Shown here: piece after piece, positions 12,088-25,030 of the stretch
How the letters are laid out: every line of letters begins with the position of its first letter
How positions within the stretch are numbered: position 1 is the stretch's first letter
Assembly: GCA_030390025.1 (NCBI GenBank)
Contig: CM059425.1
Coordinates: 161,636,001-161,700,000 of the forward strand
From: Squalus acanthias
Lineage: Eukaryota
Reading direction: 5' to 3'
Length of the DNA: 64,000 nucleotides
Position numbers and translations under genes: made by a program
Notes under the pieces: generated by a model
The model's input: only the letters and a program-made list of their open reading frames with translations
Told to the model about the DNA's origin: nothing
The model's database searches: none

Positions 12088-12669
12088 CATAATCTTTGAA
12101 GGTACTCTTGAATTGTTAATGGTGAAGTAGTTGACTTTGATTGGCAGAAGGACAAACAAAAGTTTTTAGTTGGTTAATTAATTACTTCAGCATCCAATAA
12201 GATGGAAACACCACTTCAGTGCATTGTGCAGAAGAGAAAGGGCATCTCTTTAAACGTCTCTTATAAATGTAGCTAAGCTACATCAGAATATAGTATTTTT
12301 AGCAACAAATGAAGATAACTTCCATTTTATTGGCATTTTTGGTCAAATGCTTATACTACCCAATGAATGTTTATGTGTTTCACTTCTACATGATTGCTCA
12401 GTGCACTTTTTACATTTATTGACCAAATTAAATAGCGTTTTTAATAAACATCCAGCTTAAAAATGTGGTTAATTAGTAGGATTAGTAAAGATGTTGGAGT
12501 AGAAGCAGAAGGCTTGAATTTAAATAAATTTTAAAAAATAAGAGAAAGGCAAACAAATAAGCTTTGAGGTATTGAGAAATAATGTTATAGAAGGGGGAGG
12601 GGATGCAACAAGTTAAATGACAAAAACAATAATGCTCAAAATTCTAAAAATTACAGTCAGCATTGAGTG

Positions 12670-13020
12670 TAAAATATGCAAATATACAAAGCATTCAAAA
12701 AGAATTGGTGTTAGAAGCATTAATAATTATAGAGGGGTATAATATAGTAGCTACAAAGGAGGTGTGTCTTCAGTTTGGATAAGACTGGGAATTTAATATT
12801 CCTGGTTATAATATTTTCAGGAGAGATAGTGATAGAAAAAAGGTGGGTGGCAATATTAATAAAGGAATTTAGCATGTAAGAATTTTCTAGAAAGTTGTTT
12901 GAAGGTAGAAATTATATGGATAGCATTTAGCAATTAGAAAGGAAATACAGTTCTCAGTCTGCACTACAAACCATTAAACAGTGGAGATGAGACAGGGTGG
13001 GACAGCTGCAGAGAGTTCAG
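12670..13020 (+). pseudogene. Ancient CR1 ORF2 endonuclease relic
   Basis: Remnant DWEFNIPGYNIFRRD...VAILIKE, matching WELNIQGYSIFRKDR...VALLVK in the CR1 APE domains of this window. Confidence 0.65.
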
Positions 13021-14004
13021 GGAGATTGTAGGACAAATACCATGTAAATTGTCTGAAGGGTGCCTTTGGGATTCATGGGGAAATGCCCTGTAAACTGCGT
13101 GAAATGTGCCCAACATGGACTTTAGCTTGAAAATTGCCTACTTAAAATGGAAATCTGTAGTGGAACTGAATGCTGGGTACTGGATAAGCTAACAGATTTC
13201 TCAGCTAGTTCAAACCATCACTCAGGCTTTTAGCCATGGATGTTCCAAGATAATTAAGCCATAAAAATCATCTAAGCTAAAATCCATAAAGCAATTAAAG
13301 CCATAATAGGCCTTAAGTAATTACCCCAGAAAGGACTGTGTATATACCAGACATTACTTACTGCAATAAAAATTGATGTTCCCCATCTAGAATAACATTT
13401 TGGGTGGATAAACATGTCAAATCTTCCCATATGGGTGGATTAAACCCTTAAGAAATGCAAGGACAGGGAGCAGAGGCCATAAACCGCAGACATGGGCCCA
13501 GAAATTCAGTTCCATAGCGCCCATAGTTTGGGCGCTATAGGTGTCGAATGTGGACCAAAATAGCTTCCGAGCAGCGCGTACACACTTTTGGTGCGGGCCA
13601 CGCCGGACGCCATCTTGGTGAGGGCTGTAAGACGGCCGTTAGGAGCGTGCACTGGAAGTATGGTAAGCAGGCATGTGATGTCAATCAGTGTGCAATAATA
13701 ATTTGACGCCAGTGCTGCTATTTTCATCGTCATTGCTGGAGCAAATGGCCTCTCCTAACCTCGCACAGCTGAACATACATTCAGCAGCAGGAAGGACCCT
13801 CCACCAGCGGTATTTAAAGGGATCATCAACAACTTTCAGGTAACTTGCTTTTTGATATTTACTTGCTCTGTGTAAGTTTGTGGAACTGTTTGGATCTTTC
13901 TAGAGTTATTTAAAGTTGGTGAGGTGACAGGGAGTGGGTGCTGCAAGTGGAGAAGGCCTTGCTTCTGAATTCAAGGGTTCTGGTCAGACCACTTGCTCCC
14001 AATC

Positions 14005-15199
14005 ATGGGTGCTCTTGTTGTCATCCCCCTTGGCCTGCAGCATTTCAGCGAGATGGAGCAGAGGCAGCAAAGAGGGCAAGCTGCTCACGGAGGGAGGAGG
14101 AGGAGGGGGAGATGGGGTCTCAGCAGGAGGCCTTACCCACCTACGGTTTTCTGAGAGCAATTCTCTGATCTCAACCTGAGCCAGGAGCAGTGTCTGAGGT
14201 GTCTGCACTTTACGAAGGAGGTGCACACAGAACTCTGCCACCTCTTGCAACCAGACCTGCAGCCTCTCTCCAGGACAAGGATAGCAGTGCCAGTGCCTGT
14301 GAAGATGACCATGGCCCTGAATTTCTTTGTGCAGGATCCTTCCAGGCTGGAGCAGGCGACATCTATAACATCTCCCAGTTCGTCGTCCACTGCTGCATAA
14401 GAGGTGACAGAAAATCTTTATGCCAGGAAAGGGGACTTCATTATCTTCTCTCTGACCAAAGAGAAGCAGACGGAGCGTGCACATGGCTTTGTCAGGATAG
14501 CCCCCATGGTGCGGGGTGCCATCGACTGCATGCACGTGGCTTTGCAGGCACCGTATATAAATGCCGAATTGTACCGCAACCATAAAGGGTACCACTCGCT
14601 GAATGTGCAGTTAGTATGCGAACATGCTCAGCACATCATGATGTTGAATGGCAGCAGTCATGATGCTTTTATTCTGCGCCAGTTTGCTGTTTCCTCAGTC
14701 TCTGAGCCACCAAGACAAACTAGAGGGTGGCTACTGGGTGACAAGGGCTATCCCTTGACCACCTGGCTCATGATGCCGCTCCGCAACCCAACCACATGTG
14801 GGCAGAATGCTTACAATGAGAGCTATGCTGCCACACGAAACATCATAGAGTAGACCTTTGGTATCCTAAAAAACAATGCTTCCGCTGACTGGATCACTCT
14901 GGAGGAGCCCTACAGTACTCACTGGAGTGATTCGTTGTGGTCTACTATATCCTCCACAACCTGGCCATCATGAGGGCACAGCTCTTGCTACCAGGGAAAT
15001 GGCCACCAGCTCAGGAGCAGGAGGGACATAAGAATTAGGAATAGGAGTAGGCCATATAGCTCCTTGAGCCTGCTTTACCATTCAATAAGATCATGGCTGA
15101 TCTTCGACCTCAGCTTGACTTTCCTGCTGATCTCCACATCCCTTGATTCCGCTAAAGTCCAAAAATCTATCTATCTCAACCAGAGGAGGAGGAAGAGGA
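14005..15199 (+). pseudogene. Harbinger (HARBI1-like DDE) transposase pseudogene
   Basis: [44 protein letters not shown] and TRNIIE motifs; stops and frameshifts; CR1 3'-tail fragment inserted at ~15027-15180. Confidence 0.92.
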
Positions 15200-15937
15200 T
15201 GCTGGTATATGGAACTCAGCTTCTGAAAGGTGCTCATATTTAGCTCATTCACTATAGAGCAAAAAAAGTGATTGGCATCATTGAAGAGAGAGATACGGAT
15301 TTCACTTAGCAACAGTCAGTTTGTTCAAGTGACCAGTTTCAGGACCTTAGCACAGAAACTGGGATTCCTGCCAATAGGATGTTCGACAAGGGCATTGCAA
15401 CCTATGCAAAGGGATGTTGATGTACATTGCCAAAGGATGTTGATCTACGTATGTTATCAAGAAATGAAAACTTGTGTGCGTAAGAATCGGCTGAAGGACA
15501 GTGCCAATGTTTCCCCTAATTTTGGGGGGTTCATGGCCCTTTTAAGGGGCTGCACGACCCATTCACAGTTTTGCGCATGTTTAACATTGAAAAAGCCGGT
15601 CCCGGGCTGCACAGGACCGGCAGAGAGCAGCCGTGCAGCTTAGAGGGAACATTGGAAGGTACATTGACTGGAGACTACCATATAAGGTAAGGCCATGTCC
15701 AGTTTGATAAGAATCAGTGTATAAAAAAGAAGCCTTTGTGTTAAGTTTGATAAGAAAGAAACCTACAAGAATTGAGCGCATGTCTACGTTCAAATCTGCT
15801 GACAAAACTGTGCTTGTAAATTGTGTTATACTCTGAAGAAATTATACTCCGCTTTTAGATTACTTTTTCTACTTTGACATAAAAACAAAGTGATTATAAC
15901 CATAAGACTGAATTCCTTATAACTCAAGTGAACAACA
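15200..15937 (+). mobile_element. LTR (family 2), copy 1
   Basis: Starts TGCTGG, ends AACAACA; direct repeat of 38173-38710; contains a hAT MITE absent from copy 2. Confidence 0.75.
15505..15654. mobile_element. hAT MITE (same family as 377-541)
   Basis: TIRs CAATGTTTCCCCTAA / TTAGAGGGAACATTG; decayed 8-bp TSD GACAGTGC/GAAGGTAC; empty site GACGATGC in the sister LTR at ~38493-38500. Confidence 0.85.
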
Positions 15938-17305
15938 GAAGATTGTTTAAAACAACATTTGGCAACAATCACACTGGTTCCTTCCAACTCTTAAAGGGGA
16001 GGTTGCATCATTGTGCAGATGCTCATTTTCAGCATTGCTGGCTTTGAGGCGACCTGCGAGCAACTGAATCCCCTGATGGCTATGGCTGTTCCCACTCCCA
16101 GGGAGAGAGCTCGTCAGTTCACAGACGTGGCATTGGAGGCATTGGTGGCTGGAGTGGAGCGAAGGAGGGCAATGCTGTTCCCAGCTACTGGAAGGAGGCC
16201 ATCGCCTCAGTTGTTCAGGGCAATGTGGAGGGAAGTGGCCCAGGAGGTCTCGGCCCGTAGTTTGGTGGAACGCAGCCTGACACAGTGCCACAAGAAATTC
16301 AATGACCTCAGTTGGGTTGCCAAAGTGAGTGCATGCTTCAACAGCTCCTACATACCAGCATCTCAACTTCAGTCTGTGCACACTGTGCAAAAGAACCACA
16401 CCGCCACCACTCACCCACCAAACATCTTCACCTACTCAAACTCATAGAAAAACATAGAAAAATAGGAACAGGAGTAGGCCATTCGGCCCATCGAGTCTGC
16501 TCCGCCATTCAATATGATCATGGCTGATATCTCTATCTCAATACCATATTCCTGCTCTCTCCCCATACCACTTGATGCCTTTTGTGTCTAGAAATCTACC
16601 TATCTCCTTCTTAAATATATTCAGTGACGTGGCCTCCACAGCCTTCTGTGGTAGAGAATTCCACATGTTCACCACCCTCTGAGTGAAGAAATTTTTCCTC
16701 ATCTCAGTCCAAAATGTCCTACCCCATATCCTGAGACTGTGATCCCCTCGTTCTAGACCCCCCAGCCAGGGGAAACATCCTCCCTGCATCCAGTCTGTCT
16801 AGCCCTGTCAGAATGTTATATGTTTCAATGAGATCCCCTTTCATTCTTCTAAACTCTAGTGAATACAGGCCTAGCCGACCCAATCTCTCCTCATACGACA
16901 GTCCTGCCATCCCAGGAATCAGTCTGGTGAACCTTTGCTGCACTCCCTCTATGGCAAGTATATCCTTTCTTAGGTAAGGAGACCAAAACTTCCCACAGTA
17001 CTCTAGGTGTGGTCTCACCAAGGCCCTGTACAACTGTAGTAAGACATCCTTGCTCCTGTACTCAAATCCTCTTGCAATGAAGGCCAACATACCATTTGCC
17101 TTCCTAACTGCTTGCTGCACCTGCATGTTTGCTTTCAGTGACTGGTGTACAAGGACACCCAGGTCCCTCTGTACATCAACATTTCCCAATCTATCACCAT
17201 TTAAATAATATGATAGCAAAATACTGCGGATGCTGGAAATCCGAAATAACAACAGAAAACGCTGGAAAAACTCAGCAGGCCAGACAACATCCGTGGAGAG
17301 AGAAA

Positions 17306-17345
17306 GAGAGTTAACGTTTCAGGTCGAAACCCTTCGTCGGAACTG
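17306..17345 (-). ncRNA. Minimal hammerhead ribozyme motif in 3' pseudo-LTR
   Basis: CAGTT-CCGACGA-AGGGTTTCGACCT-GAAA-CGTTAACT; core has C in place of the canonical U4. Confidence 0.6.
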
Positions 17346-17618
17346 AAAGAGCAGGAAATAAACAGATAAAAATGCAAGGGGGAGGCTGGGGGGAGGAATA
17401 AAAGAACAAAAGGGATGGTCTTTAGTAAGTAGAGACATTGAGAGATGCTCAAGGCAAGACGAGATGGTAATGGGACAGGTTGAGAAACAAAAGGTAAGGT
17501 GTGAAATGCTGGCAGAATCAGAGACAGCTGCCGTGGGGGGAGAGAGAGAAAAAAAAAAGGAAAAAGGCACGGACCAAAAGAGTGGATAAAATGTATACAT
17601 ATGTGGTAGGGGCCGGGG

Positions 17619-20370
17619 TTATGATCTGAAATTGTTGAACTCGATATTGAGTCCGGAAGGCTGTAAAGAGCCTAAACGGAAGATGAGGTGCTGTTCCTGG
17701 AGCTTACGCTGCGCTTCCGTGGAACAATGCAAGAGGCCGAGGACGGTGAGGTCTGAGTGAGCGTGGAGGGGTGAATTAAAATGACAAGCGACCGGAAGCT
17801 CGGGGTCACCCTTACGGACTGAACGGAGGTGTTCCGCAAAGCGGTCACCCAATCTGCGTTTGGTCTCCCCAATGTAGAGGAGACCACATCGTGAGCAGCG
17901 AATACAGTATACTAGATTACAAGAAGTACAAGTAAATCGCTGTTTCACCTGGAAGGGGTGTTTGGGGCCCTGGAGAGTGGGAAGGGGGGATGTATAAGGG
18001 CAGGTGTTGCATCTCCTGCGCTTGCACGGGAAGATGCCGGGTGAAGGGGAAGGGGTGCTTGGGGTGATAGAGGAGTGGACTAGGGTGTCTCGGAGGGAGC
18101 GGTCCCTACGGAATGCTGAAAGGGGAGGTGAGGGGAAGATACATTTGGTGGTGGGATCACGTTGGAGGTGGCGGAAATGGCGGAGGATGATCCGTTGAAT
18201 GTGGAGGCTGGTGGGGTGAAAGGTGAGGACAAGGGGAACTCTATCGTGGTTCCGGGAGGGAGGGGCCGGGGTGAGGGCAGAAGTGCGGGAGATGGAACGG
18301 ACACGGTCGAGGGCCATGTCGACCACGGTAGAGGGGAATCCTCGGTTGAGGAAACAGGAAGACATGTCGGAAGCACTGGTATGGAAGGTGGCATCGTCGG
18401 AGCAGATGCGGCGGAGACGGAGAAACTGGGAGAAGAGAATAGAGTCCTTACAGGAGGCGGGGTGGGAGGAAGTGTAGTCCAGGTAGCTGTGGGAGTCAGT
18501 GTGCTTGTAGTGAATGTTGGTCAATAACCTATCCCCAGAGATGGAGACGGAGAAGTCGAGGAAGGGGAGGGAAGAGTCGGAGATGGACCATGTGAAGGTG
18601 AGGGAAGGGTGGAAATTGGAGGCAAAGTGAATGAAATTGTCTAGTTCGGGGCGAGAGCAGGAAACGGCACCGATACAGTCGTCAATGTACCGGAAAAAGA
18701 GGTGAGGGAGGGGACCCGAGTAGGACTGGAACAAAGAGTGTTCCACATATCCCACGAAAAGGCAGGCATAGCTAGGACCCATGCGGGTACCCATAGCAAC
18801 ACCTTTGATTTGGAGGAAATGAGTGGAGTCAAAGGAGAAGTTGTTCAATGTGAGAACAAGTTCAGCCAGGCGGAGGTAGGGTGGCGGTGGATGGGGACTG
18901 GTTGGGCCTCTGTTCAAGGAAGAAGCGGAGCGCCCTCAGGCCATCCTGGTGGGGGATGGAGGTGTAGAGGGATTGTACATCCATGGTGAAAAGGAGGCGG
19001 TTGGGGCCAGGAAACTGGAAACTGTTAAAGTGGCGGAGGGCGTCAGAGGAATCATGGATGTAGGTGGGAAGGGACTGGACAAGGGGAGAAAAAATAGAAT
19101 TGAGATAGGAAGAGATAAGTTCCGTGGGGCAAGAGCAGGCTGAAACGATGGGTCTACCAGGGCAGTCCTGTTTGTGGATCTTGGGAAGGAGGTAGAAGCG
19201 GGCTGTGCGGGGTTGGGGAACTATGAGGTTGGCGGCCGTGGGGGGAAGATCTCCAGAGGAGATGAGGTCAGTGACAGTCTTGGACACGGTGGCTTGATGT
19301 TCTGTAGTGGGGTCATGGTCCAGGTGGAGGTAGGAGGAGGTGTCGGAGAGTTGGCGTTCAACTTCCGCTAGGTAGAGGTCGGTTCGCCAAATAACAACAG
19401 CACCACCCTTGTCAGCAGGTTTAATTACAATGTCGGGGTTGGATCTGAGAGAATGGAGTGCTGCAAGTTCAGAGGGAGGTAGGTTGGAGTGAGTGAGGGG
19501 AGCAGAGAAATTGAGCTGGCCGATGTCACGGCGGCAGTTAGCAATGAAAAGATCTAGAGAGGGTAAGAGGCCAGAGGGAGGGGTCCAGGTGGAACGAGAA
19601 TTCTGAAAGCGGGAGAAAGGGTCAGCCATGCGGGGGGAAGACTCCTGGCCAGAGAAGTGGGCACGGAGACGGAGGCGGCGGAAAAAGAGCTCAGCATCGT
19701 GCCGAGCTCGAAATTCATTGAGATGGGGGCGTAAGGGGATGAAGCTCAGGTCTTTGCTGAGGACTGATCGTTCGGAGTCAGAGAGGGGAAGGTCAGAGGG
19801 GATAGTGAAAACGCGGCAGGGGGTGAGATTGGGAGAAGGGGGGTCAGAGGAAAGTGAAGGGGAAGAAGGTACCAGAGGGGCGTTAGTGTCCAAGAGTTGT
19901 TGAAGCTTGCGATCCTTGACATCGGAAAGGAAGAAGAAAAGTTTTTTGTTGAAGCGTCGGATGAGTCTAAGGATGAAATGGAACTGTGGACCCGGACAGC
20001 TTTGAGATAGACTGCGTCGGTGCTGCTGAAGAGAGATGTCGAGAGTGTTCATGTGGCGCCGCATGGCGTTGAGCGTGGATCTCAAGATGCGGCGAGAGCA
20101 GTAGTTCGAGGAACGATGAATATCTTGGAGATATTTGTAATCCTGGGTTGATCCGAAACACGAAGGGTGGAAGTTTAGTTGGAATCCACGTGGGATAAGT
20201 CGGAACCGGAGACAGGTGCTGAGGAAAGTAATGTGGCTGTGAAACCGAGTCTTGGCAGATACCTGATCAAACACGAGAAGGGAAACTGAAAGCAATGACG
20301 ATGAACAAGGTTGAAGAGCCAAACGGAAATCCCGTCGAAGAGAAGAGCAGAACTTCTTCAAGGTAGGCAT
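17619..20370 (-). pseudogene. PLE polyprotein (RT and GIY-YIG endonuclease), single 1-bp frameshift near 18877
   Basis: IKPADKG, YLLPKIHK, GRPIVS, MDVQSLYTSI, GVAMGTRMGPSYA, RYIDD; CKRRRCNTC linker; LVYCIRC..CGLLYIGET..RFAEH..HF..GLN; probable ATG at 20370 (MPTLKKF). Confidence 0.92.
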
Positions 20371-20502
20371 TCCTAGAAGAGAGGTGGCAGTGAACCAAAC
20401 ACTAATACGATAGCAAAATACTGCGGATGCTGGAAATCCGAAATAACAACAGAAAACGCTGGAAAAACTCAGCAGGCCAGACAACATCCGTGGAGAGAGA
20501 AA

Positions 20503-20542
20503 GAGAATTAACGTTTCAGGTCGAAACCCTTCATCGGAACTG
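20503..20542 (-). ncRNA. Minimal hammerhead ribozyme motif in 5' pseudo-LTR
   Basis: CAGTT-CCGATGA-AGGGTTTCGACCT-GAAA-CGTTAATT, ~130 nt upstream of the ORF ATG. Confidence 0.6.
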
Positions 20543-23500
20543 AAAGAGCAGGAAATAAACAGATAAAAATGCAAGGGGGAGGCTGGGGGGAGGAATAAAA
20601 GAACAAAAGGGATGGTCTTTAGTAAGTAGAGACATTGAGAGATGCTCAAGGCAAGACGAGATGGTAATGGGACAGGTTGAGAAACAAAAGGTAAGGTGTG
20701 AAATGCTGGCAGAATCAGAGACAGCTGCCGTGGGGGGAGAGAGAGAAAAAAACTAGGAAAAAGGCACGGACCAAAAGAGTGGATAAAATGTATACATATG
20801 TGGTAGGGGCCGGGGTTATGATCTGAAATTGTTGAACTCGATGTTGAGTCCGGAAGGCTGTAAAGTGCCTAAACGGAAGATGAGGTGCTGTTCCTGGAGC
20901 TTACGCTGCGCTTCCGTGGAACAATGCAAGAGGCCGAGGACGGTGAGGTCTGAGTGAGCGTGGAGGGGTGAATTAAAATGACAAGCGACCGGAAGCTCGG
21001 GGTCACCCTTACGGACTGAACGGAGGTGTTCCGCAAAGCGGTCACCCAATCTGCGTTTGGTCTCCCCAATGTAGAGGAGACCACATCGTGAGCAGCGAAT
21101 ACAGTATACTAGATTGCAAGAAGTACAAGTAAATCGCTGTTTCACCTGGAAGGGGTGTTTGGGGCCCTGGAGAGTGGGAAGGGGGGATGTATAAGGGCAG
21201 GTGTTGCATCTGCCTTTCTGTTTTTTCTACCGAAGTGGATAACTTCACATTTATCCACGTTATACTGCATCTGCCATGTTTTTGCCCACTCACTCAACTT
21301 GTCTAAATCGCCTTGAAGCCTCTTTACATCCTCCTCACAACTCACAATCCCACCTAGTTTCGTGTCGTCAGCAAACTTGGAAATATTAAATTTGGTTCCC
21401 TCATCCAAATCATTGATATATATTGTGAATAGCTGGGGCCCAAGCACTGATCCCTGTGGTACCCCACTAGTCACCGCCTGCCACCCCGAAAAAGACCCAT
21501 TTATTCCTACTCTCTCTTTCCTGTCTGTTAACCAATTTTCAATCCATGCCAGTATATTACCCCCAATCCCATGTGCTTTAATTTTGCACACTAACCTCTT
21601 ATGTGGGACTTTATCAAAGGCCTTCTGAAAATCCAAATACACCACATCCACTGGTTCTCCCTTATCTATTCTACCAGTTACATCCTCAAAAAACTCCAGT
21701 AGGGTTGTCAAACACGATTTCCCTTTCATAAATCCATGTTGACTTTGTCTAATCCCATTGATATTTTCTAAGTGTCCTGTTATCACATCCTTTATAATAG
21801 ACTCGAGCATTTTCCCTGCTACTGATGTTAGGCTAACCGGTCTGTAGTTCCCTGTTTTCTCTATCCCTCCTTTTTTAAATAGTGGGGTTACATTTGCCAC
21901 CCTCCAATCTGCAGGAACTGTTCCACAATCTATAGAATTTTGGAAGATGACAACCAATGCATCAACTATTTCCATGGCTACCTCTTTTGTACTCTGGGAT
22001 GCAGATTATCAGTCCCTGGGATTTATCAGCTTTCAGTCCCATTAATTTCTCCAGCACTATTTATTTACTAATACTAATTTCCTTTAATTCTTCCCTCTCA
22101 CTGGACCCTTGTTTCCCTAGCATTTCTGGGAAGTTATTTGTGTCCTCTTCCGTGAAGACAGACCAAAGTATTTGTTTAATTGCACTGCCATTTCCTTGTT
22201 CCCCATTATAAATTCTCCCGTTTCTGACTGTAAGGGACCTACATTTGTCTTCACTAATCTTTTTCTTTTTACATACTTGTAGAAGTTTTTACAATCCGCC
22301 TTTATGCTCCTTGCAAGTTTACTCTCATACTCTATCTTTCCCCTCTTAATCAATCTCTTGGTCCTTTTTTGCTGAACTCTAAACTGCTCCCAATCCTCAG
22401 GCTTGCTACTTTTTCTGGCAACTTTATATGACTTCTCTTTGGATCTAATACTATCCTTAATTTCTTTTGTTAGCCATGGTTGGGCCGCTTTTCCTTTTGT
22501 GTTTTTGCACCAGAAAGGAATGTATGACTGTTGCAATTCATGCATTCATTCCTTAAATGTTCGCAATTGCCTATCCACCGTCATGCCTTTTAATGAAGCT
22601 CCCCAATCTATCATAGCCAACTCACTCCTCATACCTTCGTAGTTTCCTTTGTTTAGATTTAGGACTCTAGTTTTGGATTGGATTTCTTCACTTTCCATCT
22701 TAATGAAGAATTCTATCATGTTATGGTCACTCTTCCCTAAAGGACCCCGCACAACAAGATTATTAATTAACCCCTTCTTATTGCACAATACCCAATCTAG
22801 GATAGCCTGTTCCCTAGTTGGCTCCTCAACGTACTGGTCTAAAAAACCATCTCGTACACACTCCAGGAATTCATCCTCCACAGTATTATTGCTAATTTGG
22901 TTTGGCCAGTCTATATGTAAATTAAAGTCACCCATGATTACTGTAGTACCCTTCTTACATGCATCTCTAATTTCCTGTTTGATGCCATCCCCTACATTAC
23001 CACTACTGTTTGGAGGCCTATAGAAAACTCCCACCAATGTTTTCTGCCCCTTGGTGCTTCTTAGCTCCACCCAGGCTGATTCTACATCTTTATTTTCTGA
23101 GCCAATATCCTTTCTCACTATTGCTCTGATTTCATCCTTTACTAACAACGCCACCCCACCTCCTTTTCCATTTTGCCTGTCCTTCCTAAATATCGAATAT
23201 CCTTGGATATTCAGCTCCCAGCCTTGGTCACCCTGCAGCCATGTCTCCGTAATCGCAATTATATCGTATCCGTTTACATCTATTTGCGCTGTTAATTTGT
23301 CTACCTTATTACGAATGCTTCGTGCATTCAGATACAGTGCCTTTAGATTTGTCTTTTTATCATTTTTAGACATGTTTAACTTTTTTTGTACAATGGCCCT
23401 ATTTGTCTTATTACCATTTTTTCTTACCTGGACCCTATTTGTTAGTGCACTCCTTTGTACGCTCTGTCCCTTCCTGACACAATCTGGTTATCCTTACCCC

Positions 23501-24789
23501 AATCACTTTCCTGCACTGCTTCCTTGTCTTTTCTCTTTAGCATTATAGATTTCTCTCCACCGGGACCCTCACCCCGCAACCCCCCCCCCCCCCCCCGTCA
23601 CCCCCTCTTATTTAGTTTAAAGCCCTATCTACCTCCCTAGTTATTCAATTTGCTAGAACTCTGGTCCCAGCATGGTTCAAGTGTAGTCCGTCCCAACAGA
23701 ACAGCTCTCTCTTTCTCCAGTACTGGTACCAGTACACCACGAATCGAAACCTACTTCTCCCACACCAATCTTTGAGCCACGCATTTATCTCTCTGATCCT
23801 ATTGACCCTATGCCAATTTGCTCATGGCTCCGGTAATAATCCAGAGGTTATGACCTTTGTGGTTCTGCTTTTTAATTTCGTCCCTAGCTGCTCAAACTCT
23901 CTCAGCAGAACCTCTTTCTTTGTCCTACCTATGTCGTTGGTACCTATGTGGACCACGACAACTGGATCCTTCCCCTCCCACTCCAAGTTCTTCTCCAGCC
24001 CGGAGGAAATGTCCTTTACCCTGGCACTAGGTAGGCAACATAGCCTTCGGGACTCACGCTCCTGGCTGCAGAAAACAGTGTCTATCCCCCTAACTATACT
24101 GTTGCCTACTACAACCACGTTCCTTTTTACTCCCCCCACTTGAACGGCTTCCTGTACCACAGTGCCGTGGTCAGTTTGCTCGTCCTCCCCGCAATCCCTG
24201 CCCTTGTTGCAAGAAGCTCGAATCTATTGGACAAGTGTCGGGACTGAGGCTCCTGCAATACTACCTCCTGGATCCCTGTACCTGCCTCACTCACAGTCAC
24301 AACTTCCTGTCCCTGACCACGTGTCAATTCTAAAGTATTTAATCTAAGGGGTGTGGCTGCCTCCTGGAGCAAAAGGTCCAGGTAACTTTCTCCCTCCCTG
24401 ATGTCTCGCAATGTCTGCAGCTCGGACTCCAGCTCCTCAATTCGGAGTCGAAATTCCTTGAGCCGCAGACACTTACCGCAGATGTAGTCGCCCTGGACAA
24501 AAACGTCCACAAGCTCCCACATATTGCAGCAGCAGCACATCTCCTGTTCTCCCATTATTTTATTTATTTAATTAATTAGTTTAATGTTAATCAACGCCAC
24601 ACTGCCGTTTTCTCTTGTTGATGCAGGTCTGCTGCTGCTTTTATCCCCGCTCTCGGACCTCAGTCTGCTCCCGCTCAGGTCCGCCGCCGCTCTGCGGGAG
24701 AAGTTAGGAAAAGCAAGCACCTCCTTCCCCCACTTCACCGAACTCCCACACTTACTAAACTCCCAGTTGTTCACTCAATGCTGGCTGCA

Positions 24790-25030
24790 CCTCCAAGTTC
24801 CCCTCCAAGTCACACACCATCCTGACTTAGAAGTATATCGCCGATCCTTCATCGTCGCTGGGTCAAAATTCTGGAACTCCCTACATAACAGCACTGTGGG
24901 AGTACCATTACCACACGGACTGCAGCAGTTCAAGAAGGCGGCTCACCACCACCTTCTCAAGGGCAACTAGGGATGGGCAATAAATGCTGGCCTTGCCAGC
25001 AATGCCCAGATCCCATAAGCGAATAAAAAA
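24790..25030 (+). mobile_element. 3'-terminal fragment of the ORF1-less LINE family inserted in the CR1 5' UTR
   Basis: Reverse-complement match to 30745-30899; AATAAA and A-tail; encodes WNSLHNSTVG...FKKAAHHHLLKGN. Confidence 0.8.

Larger units (their letters stand above)
17211..21207 (-). mobile_element. Penelope-like element (Neptune-type), partial-tandem structure with ~800-bp pseudo-LTRs
   Basis: Direct repeats ~17206-18014 and ~20403-21211 differing at only a handful of positions; RT plus GIY-YIG ORF between and overlapping them. Confidence 0.95.

Noticed and set aside
20371..20649. N-terminal extension of the 595-aa ORF
   Set aside because: It is pseudo-LTR sequence, also translated at 17201..17452, opened from a non-ATG start; the probable start is ATG 20370.
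17206..21211. LTR retrotransposon
   Set aside because: The repeats lack TG...CA ends, PBS and TSD and contain the GIY-YIG coding end; this is PLE partial-tandem structure.
22649..23548. Long antisense ORFs over CR1 ORF2 (also 53368-53772, 55030-55557)
   Set aside because: Shadow frames of the LINE coding strand with no independent motifs.
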